Virus record (IMG/VR): IMGVR_UViG_3300028591_000007
Coordinates: 1 to 64,000 of that record
Length of the DNA: 64,000 bases
Strand: one strand, 5' to 3'
DNA from: a virus
Lineage: Duplodnaviria; Caudoviricetes
The translations under genes and the position numbers were made by a program. Positions 9,235-18,146 of the stretch are shown one piece after another. The notes beneath the pieces were generated by a model. It worked only from the letters and a program-made list of their open reading frames with translations, was not told the DNA's origin and did no database searches. Every line of letters starts with the position of its first letter. The stretch's first letter is position 1.

Positions 9235-9515
9235 TTTTTATTCCTCCTTTTAGGTTGTTTCAATAACTCAATTTCTTTATTTAATGATTCTATTTCATCA
9301 AGTAATGTTTTATTAGACATTTGTAATAATACATTTACCTGACTCATTGGTATATCGCATAATTTTTTATAGTTCTTGCAATCTTCTACTGTACCAATTG
9401 TGTTATATTCATTATATTCAAATTGCATTTTATGTAATAAATCATGTATTCTTTTATCTTCTATTGTATCAATATATTGCATTACATCAGAAAGTTCTAT
9501 TATGTTAAGACCCAT
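9231..9515 (-). CDS. Hypothetical protein
   Basis: RBS, coupled overlap. Confidence 0.7.
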   Translation of the reverse strand: MGLNIIELSDVMQYIDTIEDKRIHDLLHKMQFEYNEYNTIGTVEDCKNYKKLCDIPMSQVNVLLQMSNKTLLDEIESLNKEIELLKQPKRRNKK

Positions 9516-9774
9516 TATTTTCCTCCTTTAAATGATTCACAAATTTGTTAATATCTATAACTTTTCTATATCTTGGTAACTTCTGGCATTCAGCTAAATT
9601 TTCTTCGATTACTACTAAATCCATTACAAGTTCATTAGTTTTTTCATCATATTTAACCTTTTTAATTTTATGAAAGCCAGACTGAAATTCTCTTCGATAT
9701 TCATTAAAATACTCAGCAAATTGTTTTAAAGAACAAAACCTTAAATTATCTATATTTATTGATTCATTTTTCAT
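9505..9774 (-). CDS. Hypothetical protein
   Basis: AGGAGG RBS before MKNES. Confidence 0.7.
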   Translation of the reverse strand: MKNESINIDNLRFCSLKQFAEYFNEYRREFQSGFHKIKKVKYDEKTNELVMDLVVIEENLAECQKLPRYRKVIDINKFVNHLKEENNGS

Positions 9775-9888
9775 TTTATTTCCTCCTTTAAAAAACAGAC
9801 CGAACATGGTGAGGACTACAGTTTTTTGAATGAAATGAAAAAAGTGAGTAGCAACATATTCTGTCACTACCCGTTATAGTTTTGTTAA

Positions 9889-10155
9889 CTACTGTTCTTC
9901 AAAATTTATTGTTTTGCAGAAATCAGTTTTATCTTCAATATTTACAAAAATCATATCATTATTAAAAATAATTTCATTGCCATTTTCCCTATTAAAAACT
10001 AAATGTACATCGCCAAGTTCATATCCTGTTTCTTTTGCAACTTCTATAACTTTATTTAAAAAATCATATACTGTTGCATTAGTAGAATATTCTTTGTCAA
10101 CTACATTTTCAATAGTATTTTTACCACTTATTTTAAAACTGATTTGATTTTTCAT
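9889..10155 (-). CDS. Hypothetical protein
   Basis: AGGAGG RBS, promoter ~10215. Confidence 0.7.
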   Translation of the reverse strand: MKNQISFKISGKNTIENVVDKEYSTNATVYDFLNKVIEVAKETGYELGDVHLVFNRENGNEIIFNNDMIFVNIEDKTDFCKTINFEEQ

Positions 10156-10608
10156 ATAAATCCTCCTTTCTAAACTTCAACAATAAGCTTCATAAAGAGA
10201 ACATATATTATAGCGAAAAGAAGAAAGGAGCAAATTACGCTCCTTTAAGTTGTTTCTTTAGCTTTGCAATTTCTTTCTCCTTCTTCTCGAGTTTCGATTT
10301 CAATTCATCAATTTCCTCTTGAAGGTGGTGAATTGCAACTACATCGCCAATTCTAAATAATCTATGTAAAGGCATAATTATTCTCCTTTCTTATCTTTCT
10401 TGAATAACTGAATTATTGCATACACACCAAAACACTCCGCTACAATACAAAGAACTGTGTAGATATACATCCATTTTCTTTGCTCTTTTGTCCAAATTAT
10501 TTGGTTTATTTCTTTTATAATTTTAAAATAATTCATGGTTACTCACCTCCTCAATTAGGAAGCATTAAAATTAGCGAAGAAATTAGAGAGTACCAAATTT
10601 GTTAGGCA

Positions 10609-10848
10609 TTATATCTCCTTTATTTCTTTTAAAGTCAGTTCATTCATATTTTCATCGGTTACCGTTGTAGTTCGTTTTCTTATATATACTTTTTTACTAT
10701 TCCACTTTCCAAATACAATTTCTTCAAACCACTTTTCACTTTCTTTAAAAAACTTATTTACTTCATCTAAAGATTCAAAAGGACCACCTACTATATGATT
10801 ATCAAGATCAACAAAATATTCTATTGTATTTTCACTTACTGTTATCAT
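10609..10848 (-). CDS. Hypothetical protein
   Basis: RBS. Confidence 0.65.
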   Translation of the reverse strand: MITVSENTIEYFVDLDNHIVGGPFESLDEVNKFFKESEKWFEEIVFGKWNSKKVYIRKRTTTVTDENMNELTLKEIKEI

Positions 10849-11019
10849 TTATTTTTCCTCCTTATTTACACCAATTAATATCTCAAATAATTTTTTTGCT
10901 TCTTGTCCATAAAATGTCTTTTCAAAATTCTTTCCTTCTACAATAAGTGACGGAACATCATCATAATATTTAAATGTTCCTGTAGATGTTATAATGCTAT
11001 TTTTTTCATTTTTCATATT

Positions 11020-11289
11020 TTACTTTCCTCCTTTTAGTTTATTAAACCAAGCATCAATAATTTGTTCTTTAGTCATAACTTTTAACATTTCTTTAATCTC
11101 TGTTTCAGTTAAATTTACTCTCTTTATTTCATATTTATCTGCATAATTTAACAAATACATTTCTTCTCCATTTCCTAAACTACCACAAATTGTATAATAA
11201 TTTATTTCTGGAGTTGATTCTTTAATAGCTCTTCTTTTTAATTCTAAATAAATTTCATAAGGAGTTGTTACATTAAACGTTTTCTCCAT
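11020..11289 (-). CDS. Hypothetical protein
   Basis: ORF in operon. Confidence 0.6.
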   Translation of the reverse strand: MEKTFNVTTPYEIYLELKRRAIKESTPEINYYTICGSLGNGEEMYLLNYADKYEIKRVNLTETEIKEMLKVMTKEQIIDAWFNKLKGGK

Positions 11290-11346
11290 CCCAGATTACT
11301 TCCTTTCTAATATAGTACTCGTTTTATTCATACAAGTTCTCAAAAC

Positions 11347-11577
11347 TCATTCCCATTGAACGATCTTTTCGATCTTAAATATCTCTTTACCTTCTTTTGT
11401 GAAAATTGTACCAATTGGCATAACACCATCAAAAAGTTCCATAGTATTACATTTCTGAAACTCCTTTAATCCAAGAATACTTCTAATCTTGTAAGTAGCT
11501 TCTTGCATTGTAGGAAATTCTTTTACAAGTTTTTCTTTATTACTACTTATTTTGAATAGTTTGTAAGATCTTTTCAA
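11347..11577 (-). CDS. Hypothetical protein
   Basis: Coupled to upstream stop. Confidence 0.55.
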   Translation of the reverse strand: MKRSYKLFKISSNKEKLVKEFPTMQEATYKIRSILGLKEFQKCNTMELFDGVMPIGTIFTKEGKEIFKIEKIVQWE

Positions 11578-12125
11578 TTATTTTTCTTATCCTCCAATAA
11601 TTTTGAATATATACTAAACATTAGAGAAAAATTAAGCTCTGGTTTAGCATAAATACTAATATCTAAACCTTTTTTAAGACCAGAAAATATACAAAACATT
11701 TGATTACAATTAAATTCTGGTTTAGCATAAATAGAAACATCTAAACCTCTTTCTAGACCATAATATATGGCATACATTTGATGTTTATTAAATCTATCAT
11801 CATTGTAACATTTTTTAAATAGATCTCTATCTTTTATACCTACTATATCTAATATTTCATCTAAACTTAATTCTCTTATAATCTTAATTTTATTTGTACA
11901 ATATTTTTCATTATCATCTGAAATAATATCACCATAAGCTTCTATTTCGCAAAACTTATAGTCTTTATGCAAACCATAATAAACAAATACATCTTTTAAC
12001 TCTTTACAAAAATGAAAACCTTTTTCACATACTATAGGTTTCTCTTTTATTTCATAAGTGTTTCCTATTTCATACTTAAAGTCTCTGCAAATTAAATCTT
12101 TATTAAAACCTTTATATCCTTTCAT
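11574..12125 (-). CDS. Phage protein with MKGYKGF..CR...GFHFC domain and GLD(V/I)SIYAKPE repeats
   Basis: Recognisable phage N-terminal domain plus two tandem ~24-aa repeats. Confidence 0.8.
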   Translation of the reverse strand: MKGYKGFNKDLICRDFKYEIGNTYEIKEKPIVCEKGFHFCKELKDVFVYYGLHKDYKFCEIEAYGDIISDDNEKYCTNKIKIIRELSLDEILDIVGIKDRDLFKKCYNDDRFNKHQMYAIYYGLERGLDVSIYAKPEFNCNQMFCIFSGLKKGLDISIYAKPELNFSLMFSIYSKLLEDKKNN

Positions 12126-12135
12126 TTAGTTCCTC

Positions 12136-12621
12136 CTATACAAAAACTATTTTATTTTTATCCAATACTACTATTGATTCGCAATCCCAAGCATTAAATT
12201 TTGATTCTAAAACATTTATAAAACTATGTCCTATACAAGAATCCATTAATTGAACAGCGATAATATTATCTTCTAACATTTTATTCCAATCAAGATAATT
12301 ATTTACAATATACTTTGACAAATTAGATGTCTGTGCATTACGCACTTCATCCCAGTCTATTTGTAATATCTTTCCATTTGAAAGAGTCCAATAGTAGGGT
12401 TTGTCAAAATCATAATTACCAAATTTTTCATCTTCACACCATTCTTTCCATCCGTATTTAGCATCAATTGGAGAACCCCAGAATCCTTTATCAGGTTTAA
12501 ATAAACAACCATTACGGTTATTTCCTAAATCAATATTTATTTTGTCTCCGTCTAACAAATTACCTTTTTCAAAGTAAGTTACGTATATATCACGATTATC
12601 ATTATTAATTTCTATTATCAT
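12136..12621 (-). CDS. Conserved phage hypothetical protein (KP..G.W.SP...GW..WC...WDCES)
   Basis: RBS; motif pattern. Confidence 0.75.
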   Translation of the reverse strand: MIIEINNDNRDIYVTYFEKGNLLDGDKINIDLGNNRNGCLFKPDKGFWGSPIDAKYGWKEWCEDEKFGNYDFDKPYYWTLSNGKILQIDWDEVRNAQTSNLSKYIVNNYLDWNKMLEDNIIAVQLMDSCIGHSFINVLESKFNAWDCESIVVLDKNKIVFV

Positions 12622-12798
12622 TTAATCTCCTTTATATATACCAGCCACTCTCTACGTTCGTGTAGACTCATTTTACAGAAATGCCTCTGTAAGCTCATAT
12701 TTTGCCCATAAAGGCCCATTTAGTATTTAACCATAGATTTATACCAGGAATATACCAAACAGGCCTTAAAATCGATTCTGGTGCGTTCTAGGGGCATT

Positions 12799-13200
12799 CT
12801 AGAACATCTTATTGTAAGGATCATCAGTTAATATGTCAGGTAGATCTGGCTTTTCAGTAACTAACTCAGCAACTAACCAACATTGTACATCTTCTGGTTT
12901 ATTACTTATGCTACTAGCAGTTCCAACAATTGACTTACCATTTTCAAGACAGTACATCATCATTCTCATTAATTCATCATGTCCGCCTTTTGCATATGCA
13001 ACTTCTTTATCCTTATTCCACTGTTCTACTGTGTCCTCAACTAACTTATCTAATTCAGGACTATGGGGTCTTGGACTATCACTTGTAACATACTTGTAAC
13101 CGGCATAACAAAATACACCCAGACCAATAGTTCCAAGTGCATACTTAATAATGTTCTTTGCCAACTGCTTCTTCTCTTCTTTTGTTCTCTGCTTCTTCAT
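12799..13200 (-). CDS. N-terminally anchored membrane protein
   Basis: K-rich N-terminus plus Gly-rich TM. Confidence 0.75.
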   Translation of the reverse strand: MKKQRTKEEKKQLAKNIIKYALGTIGLGVFCYAGYKYVTSDSPRPHSPELDKLVEDTVEQWNKDKEVAYAKGGHDELMRMMMYCLENGKSIVGTASSISNKPEDVQCWLVAELVTEKPDLPDILTDDPYNKMF

Positions 13201-13338
13201 AGTTTGTCATCCTCCATTTTGTTTTAGTTGTATAAAAAAAAAATACAAGGACCCATCAGTCCCCACTATACGATAATTAAATTTCGCGTCTGGTAAAATT
13301 ACGAGAGCATTTACAGTCCGCTCTCAAAGACTTTATTA

Positions 13339-13668
13339 TTATTCTACTTTAGTATTTATTATTTCCTTCAATATTTTTATTTCTCCGCCTTTCATAATAC
13401 CTTCCTGCAAAGTACTTTCGTAGTCAAGTATCCAGCTGTCATGATCTTCGCATGTCTTTTCAGTTTTTCTTATTTCTTCAAGTCTTTCAGATATCTTGTC
13501 TAATTCTTTTTCCTTATCATTAAGAATATCCGTTAAACCTTTCTGGAAATTTGTTATGTCTTCCTTACATGTTTTCTCACGCAACTTTCTACCTGCGAAG
13601 TATCCTACTGGTAAGATTACTGCTGCTACAATTCCTCTTTTTAAAAGTTCCTTAGCAAAATTTGTCAT
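13339..13668 (-). CDS. Membrane-anchored coiled-coil protein
   Basis: AGGAGG RBS before MTNFAK; TM helix. Confidence 0.75.
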   Translation of the reverse strand: MTNFAKELLKRGIVAAVILPVGYFAGRKLREKTCKEDITNFQKGLTDILNDKEKELDKISERLEEIRKTEKTCEDHDSWILDYESTLQEGIMKGGEIKILKEIINTKVE

Positions 13669-13766
13669 AATAAATCCTCCTAAAATATTTTTAACCATTT
13701 TTGGTCTATTATATGCAAGAAAAAAATTACGAGAGCATTTATAGTCCGCTCTCAAAGACTTTTTTA

Positions 13767-13952
13767 TTACTTCTTGTCTTCTTTTTCAGAAGAATCTGTT
13801 GTTCCATTAACCATGCCATTAACCATGTTAACATAGTTCTTCTGTGCCTTGACTTTGAGTATGTTAGTAATTATACTTTCTGTTACTAACATTCCTACAA
13901 GACCAAGAAACACTTTCTGACCATTTGTTAAACCATTGTTATTATTTTTCAT
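13767..13952 (-). CDS. Small membrane protein
   Basis: RBS, promoter, TM. Confidence 0.7.
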   Translation of the reverse strand: MKNNNNGLTNGQKVFLGLVGMLVTESIITNILKVKAQKNYVNMVNGMVNGTTDSSEKEDKK

Positions 13953-14060
13953 AACATTCTCCTTTCAAAACTAAACAATTAGCTGCTATAATATACTCAT
14001 AAATATTAGCGAAAAGTGAATGGACTTGTTTTAAGTCGCTCCATTCTACGACTTTGGATC

Positions 14061-14264
14061 TTATACTGTTGCAGCTATCTTTCGAACAGTTGATTCAGAC
14101 AACTTCGTTTTCTTTGAAATATCTTCAAAAGACATTCCAAGCTCGATCATCTTTTTAACTCTTATCTCGTTATATCTCTTTCCGACAAGAATCTGAAGTT
14201 CCTTATCTTGTGCTTCGGGATACTTTCTCTTAATTTCAATTAAAGCTTGTGTTGCTTCTCTCAT
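14061..14264 (-). CDS. Small helix-turn-helix protein
   Basis: GMSFEDISKKTKLSESTVRK. Confidence 0.65.
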   Translation of the reverse strand: MREATQALIEIKRKYPEAQDKELQILVGKRYNEIRVKKMIELGMSFEDISKKTKLSESTVRKIAATV

Positions 14265-14376
14265 AACTTATTCTCCTTTTTGTATAAGCTGTTAACTAAG
14301 TTCCGCATAATATGCAAGAAAAAAATTACGAGAGTACCAAATATCTTTGATACTCCCTTTTAAAATTTAAAATATT

Positions 14377-14733
14377 TTATTCAGCAGAAACGCTTGTTGC
14401 TCCTGGTTCTACATCAACAATCTGTGCAACAAGTAGTTTATCGGTTAGTCCTTCCTCATTACAATGATCACTAACAACATATTTACCACCATTGTTTTCA
14501 CAAGACCATACAAGAAAATCTACCATAAATTTTGAAATAGTTTCAAAATCATCATCTGTGATTTTTTTACATTTCTCATTTATTAATCCAGTATTTTCTT
14601 CTGGTATTGCTACATTTGTGTTTTCTTTGCCATTAGTTGCCTTACCAATAATAATTCCGGCAATTGTCCCACCTGCTACAAGTCCTGTTATTTTTAGAAC
14701 TTTTTTTAATTTAGCTTTCTTTTCTGGTTTCAT
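14377..14733 (-). CDS. Membrane-anchored protein
   Basis: K-rich N-terminus plus GxxxG TM. Confidence 0.75.
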   Translation of the reverse strand: MKPEKKAKLKKVLKITGLVAGGTIAGIIIGKATNGKENTNVAIPEENTGLINEKCKKITDDDFETISKFMVDFLVWSCENNGGKYVVSDHCNEEGLTDKLLVAQIVDVEPGATSVSAE

Positions 14734-14850
14734 ATTTTATCCTCCTAAAATATTTTTAACCATTTCTGGTCTATAATATACTTGTAAAATTTAGCGAAAA
14801 AAAAAATAGCGCCAAATTACGACGCTATAAGAATTACTTAAATAAAATCT

Positions 14851-15237
14851 TTAATTGTTGTTTACAAAACACTCATTTTTAGCTTCTCTGATAACATTCA
14901 TATCAAAATTTTCTTTTATTTCTGAACATGTGTCATGTGTTTTACTAAGTTTATTACCTATTGCACTTCTGTTATGAAAGATAGCAAGAACACTTCCAGT
15001 TAAACCGCCTATTACGTATTTTAAAACTTTCTGTTTATTCTTAATATCTTTATAATTTTGTGCATAACTTGTAACTTCCGTTTTTAATAACGCATAACCA
15101 GTCCATTTAATATTCTGATTTACAATGTCATCTGGTTTCATACCACTATCAATGAGTTTCTCAATTATTAGTTTGTCGCCTTCGCTTAAAGACTTTTCAT
15201 TTTCATGTAATTCTTTAATTTCTTTTTTATAAAACAT
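14851..15237 (-). CDS. Hypothetical protein with a central hydrophobic segment
   Basis: RBS, promoter. Confidence 0.7.
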   Translation of the reverse strand: MFYKKEIKELHENEKSLSEGDKLIIEKLIDSGMKPDDIVNQNIKWTGYALLKTEVTSYAQNYKDIKNKQKVLKYVIGGLTGSVLAIFHNRSAIGNKLSKTHDTCSEIKENFDMNVIREAKNECFVNNN

Positions 15238-15335
15238 ATTGTTTTACCTCCTTTCTACTATATACAAGAAGATTTTTGCGAAAAAAAAAGAATAGCGCCA
15301 AATTACGACGCTAATCTATTGAAGAAAAATATCTT

Positions 15336-15875
15336 TTAATCTTCTTTCATCTTTTCTTCCATCATTTCTGCAAGTTTACCTTTGAAAACTATCTTTGTTT
15401 CACCTAATTTACGACCAAATATGCTTTCACATATTTCATTACCTACTGCATGTAGATCATCAAAATCTTCATTAAGTGCATCAAGTTTTTCTTCTTTTGT
15501 TTTAGCATTTTCAAATCTCTCCTTGCTTCTCAAATTATATTGATGGAATTTCTCCATATTAATTTGACGTTCTTCTTCAAGTTTTTTCATTTTTTCTTCA
15601 TGTTTTTTCATTCTTTCTTCATGTTCTTCTTTCATCTTTTTCATTTCTTCTTCATGTTTCTTTCTGGATTCCTCCATTTCTTTTTCCAACTCTAAATCCA
15701 ATTTTTCCATTTGTTTGTCTCTTGATTCACTGAATATCTTTTCAACAGAATCATGTACCATCTTATTTTCTTCTTCGCGTTCCTTTTCTCTATCCTTATC
15801 AAAGAAATGCTTAGTAATACCATAAACCATACATGATGCTACTACTGAAATTATACCAACAGTTTTCTTGTTCAT
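15336..15875 (-). CDS. Membrane-anchored coiled-coil protein with KHEE.MK repeats
   Basis: TM plus charged repeats. Confidence 0.75.
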   Translation of the reverse strand: MNKKTVGIISVVASCMVYGITKHFFDKDREKEREEENKMVHDSVEKIFSESRDKQMEKLDLELEKEMEESRKKHEEEMKKMKEEHEERMKKHEEKMKKLEEERQINMEKFHQYNLRSKERFENAKTKEEKLDALNEDFDDLHAVGNEICESIFGRKLGETKIVFKGKLAEMMEEKMKED

Positions 15876-15974
15876 AACATTCTCCTTTCAAAAATAAAAT
15901 TTATAGTTTCCATTATATGCATATAAATAAAAACGAGAGTACCAAATATCTTTGATACTCCCTTTTGAAGTTAA

Positions 15975-16271
15975 TTAAAACTCGATCGGCATTGCAGTAA
16001 ATCTAGCTTTTATTAAATTTCTTTCTTTGGTCAAGTATATCCGTTCAACTGCTGTACATACCGGAGCTGTACTAGAATATGTCATTTCTCCGAATCCCCA
16101 AAACTCATCAAGTAATTTATATCCTTCTTCACTTTCTGTAGTTTTAGTATAATCTTCAATTGCTTTTTCTAGTGCTTCTTTTGGTGAATCACCAGCTAAA
16201 GGATGTGTACCTGTTAAATGTTCATCATTATTAAGATTTATAAAAGTTTCAACTACCACATATTTTCTCAT
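15975..16271 (-). CDS. Hypothetical protein
   Basis: AGGAGG RBS, promoter. Confidence 0.7.
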   Translation of the reverse strand: MRKYVVVETFINLNNDEHLTGTHPLAGDSPKEALEKAIEDYTKTTESEEGYKLLDEFWGFGEMTYSSTAPVCTAVERIYLTKERNLIKARFTAMPIEF

Positions 16272-16423
16272 AGTTTTATCCTCCTTATAATATACTTCAT
16301 AATGTGCTCATAAATATTAGCGACACTTTATAAACAAACTGAAGTTCTCACTATGTTCAAACTTAAAAACGAATAGCAGAGAATTTCCCTGCTACTCCTT
16401 TTTGAATTGTACTACAAAATTAT

Positions 16424-16945
16424 TTATTCTATATCTTTGTAGTTTTCTTTATATTCCTCTGTTTCTTCATCAGAAGCTAAGATATAGATATGCTTGTCAT
16501 CTCTGTCTGCTAACCAAGCTTTCTCACCATTGTAATCCTTAGCAATCTCAATCCAATCATTTGACTGATCACTTCGTCCCTGTGTGTAACCTCTATGATA
16601 CTCTTCTTCCAAGGTGTGGTTGTTCTTGCTAACCTTAATACCAGCACCGATCAAACCAAGAGTTGCAATACTTAAAGCCGTGCCTGTGACACCTGCTCTA
16701 ACATTGTTTCTTGCCTGAACCAGCTTGTAGTATTTGATTGCATATTCTGCACTCCTTGTCAGATCACTATAAGCTACACTAAACGGCAAAGCTCTGCCAA
16801 ACTGATCTCTCTTTGATACGAAATCACTCAGATTATAATACGGATGTGTGTTTATCTTGTCCTCGATAATATCAAGGATGCTTTCGCCAAGATCCGCATA
16901 TTCCTTTCTTAGTTCCTTAAACTTCTTCCTAAATAAGATTTTCAT
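16424..16945 (-). CDS. Membrane-associated hypothetical protein
   Basis: RBS before MKILF; central TM. Confidence 0.75.
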   Translation of the reverse strand: MKILFRKKFKELRKEYADLGESILDIIEDKINTHPYYNLSDFVSKRDQFGRALPFSVAYSDLTRSAEYAIKYYKLVQARNNVRAGVTGTALSIATLGLIGAGIKVSKNNHTLEEEYHRGYTQGRSDQSNDWIEIAKDYNGEKAWLADRDDKHIYILASDEETEEYKENYKDIE

Positions 16946-17050
16946 AATTTTTCTCCTTATTTTGTACGACACTATTTGTCATAATAATGTCATATATTTT
17001 CGCTAATTTATTTGAGTATATTATGAGAAAATATAAAGGAGGATTTAGTT

Positions 17051-17275
17051 ATGGAATTTAAATTGGTAGTAGCAAGTGGAGCACGTAAGGATTATGTACT
17101 AAAGAGGCTTGAAAAAATGAAGAAAGAGTTCAAGAGATGGAAACAAATCTCTTGGATATTCTCACAGAAATTCGAGATAGTCATTGAAGTACAAAGTCTT
17201 GACGAAGCAAGAACAATTTGTGAACAGACTGGTTGTGATTTTGAGAAAATCGGACTGAGTTTCTCAGAAGTTTAA
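17051..17275 (+). CDS. Hypothetical protein
   Basis: Promoter 17001, RBS, terminator. Confidence 0.75.
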   Translation: MEFKLVVASGARKDYVLKRLEKMKKEFKRWKQISWIFSQKFEIVIEVQSLDEARTICEQTGCDFEKIGLSFSEV

Positions 17276-17557
17276 TAATGAAAAGATTAGGGCTGAATTA
17301 TGGTCCTTTTCTTTTTTTTTTATAAATATCTTTTGTAGAATGGCAGCCACTCATTATATTCGTGTAAGCTCATTCAAGGAATGCCCCTAAAACGCACCAG
17401 AATCGATTTTAAGGCCTGTTTTGGTATAAAGTCGATAAAATATACATCAAAATATGAAAGTGGCCTAAATGGGCAAAATAGAGCATCTGAGAGCCATTCT
17501 ATAAAAACGCTATTTTATTTCCCTATATTATGACAACTTAATGAAAGGAGATAAGAT

Positions 17558-17803
17558 ATGGTTAAACAAGAAACAATATGTACTTGTGATATTTGTGGAA
17601 AGGAGATGCGTGAATCAGTAACAGGTCATAATCGTTGGCAGTGTAATCTTGTATTAGGTTCAAATATGAAAGTTGAAGACGATATAAGATACGATGATGT
17701 ATGTGATGAATGTGCTGATGCTATCCGGAAGGTAATTAATACAAGGAAAGGTGTTAGTCCAATTAATCAATATTTTATGGACAAATTAAAAGAAATTAAG
17801 TAA
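17558..17803 (+). CDS. Zn-finger-like protein
   Basis: CDICG...CDEC; promoter 17508. Confidence 0.75.
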   Translation: MVKQETICTCDICGKEMRESVTGHNRWQCNLVLGSNMKVEDDIRYDDVCDECADAIRKVINTRKGVSPINQYFMDKLKEIK

Positions 17804-17873
17804 AAAAAAAATAGGGACGAACCAATTAGCGGTAAGTCCCTCAGTTTTTCGCTAATTTTTATTGTTGCATAAT

Positions 17874-17956
17874 GAAAGGGTATTATGGATTTGAGTCCAG
17901 TCCAAGCGCATAAATGGGCAGTGCGCTTCGGAGTGGGTTTAAATTCATGCCCTTTT
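17874..17956 (+). ncRNA. Putative long-hairpin small RNA
   Basis: Promoter 17850; nested pairing AAAGGGTA/TGCCCTTT, ATGGATTTGAGTCC/GGGTTTAAATTCAT, AAGCGCA/TGCGCTT; U-tract; no ORF. Confidence 0.55.
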
Positions 17957-18146
17957 TATTTTTTCTAACGTAGTTAGGAAATTTAAATAAGAAACTTCAT
18001 ACGTTTAGTATGTTTGGTCTTTATTTTTTATTTTGTTTGTAGAGCTCAACTTAGGGTACTGCCTAAATTACTTAAACAGTACCCATTTTGAACTCCGTAA
18101 GGAAAATGTATACGAGACAAAGTCGAGTAAACGTTAATTAAATTAT

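Larger units (their letters stand above)
229..17873. promoter_or_regulatory. Dispersed early-type promoter motif CGC-N15-TAT(T/A)AT, >20 copies
   Basis: First C on + at 314, 559, 1420, 1818, 2204, 2869, 3153, 3832, 4086, 17001, 17508, 17850; on - at 252, 1423, 2872, 3829, 5061, 13288, 13731, 14011, 14796, 15280, 16322 and others; fixed 18-nt offset to the hexamer; each precedes an RBS/ORF or RNA. Confidence 0.8.

Noticed and set aside
12136-12621. ADP-ribosyltransferase-like enzyme
   Set aside because: The resemblance is too weak to support without a structure search.
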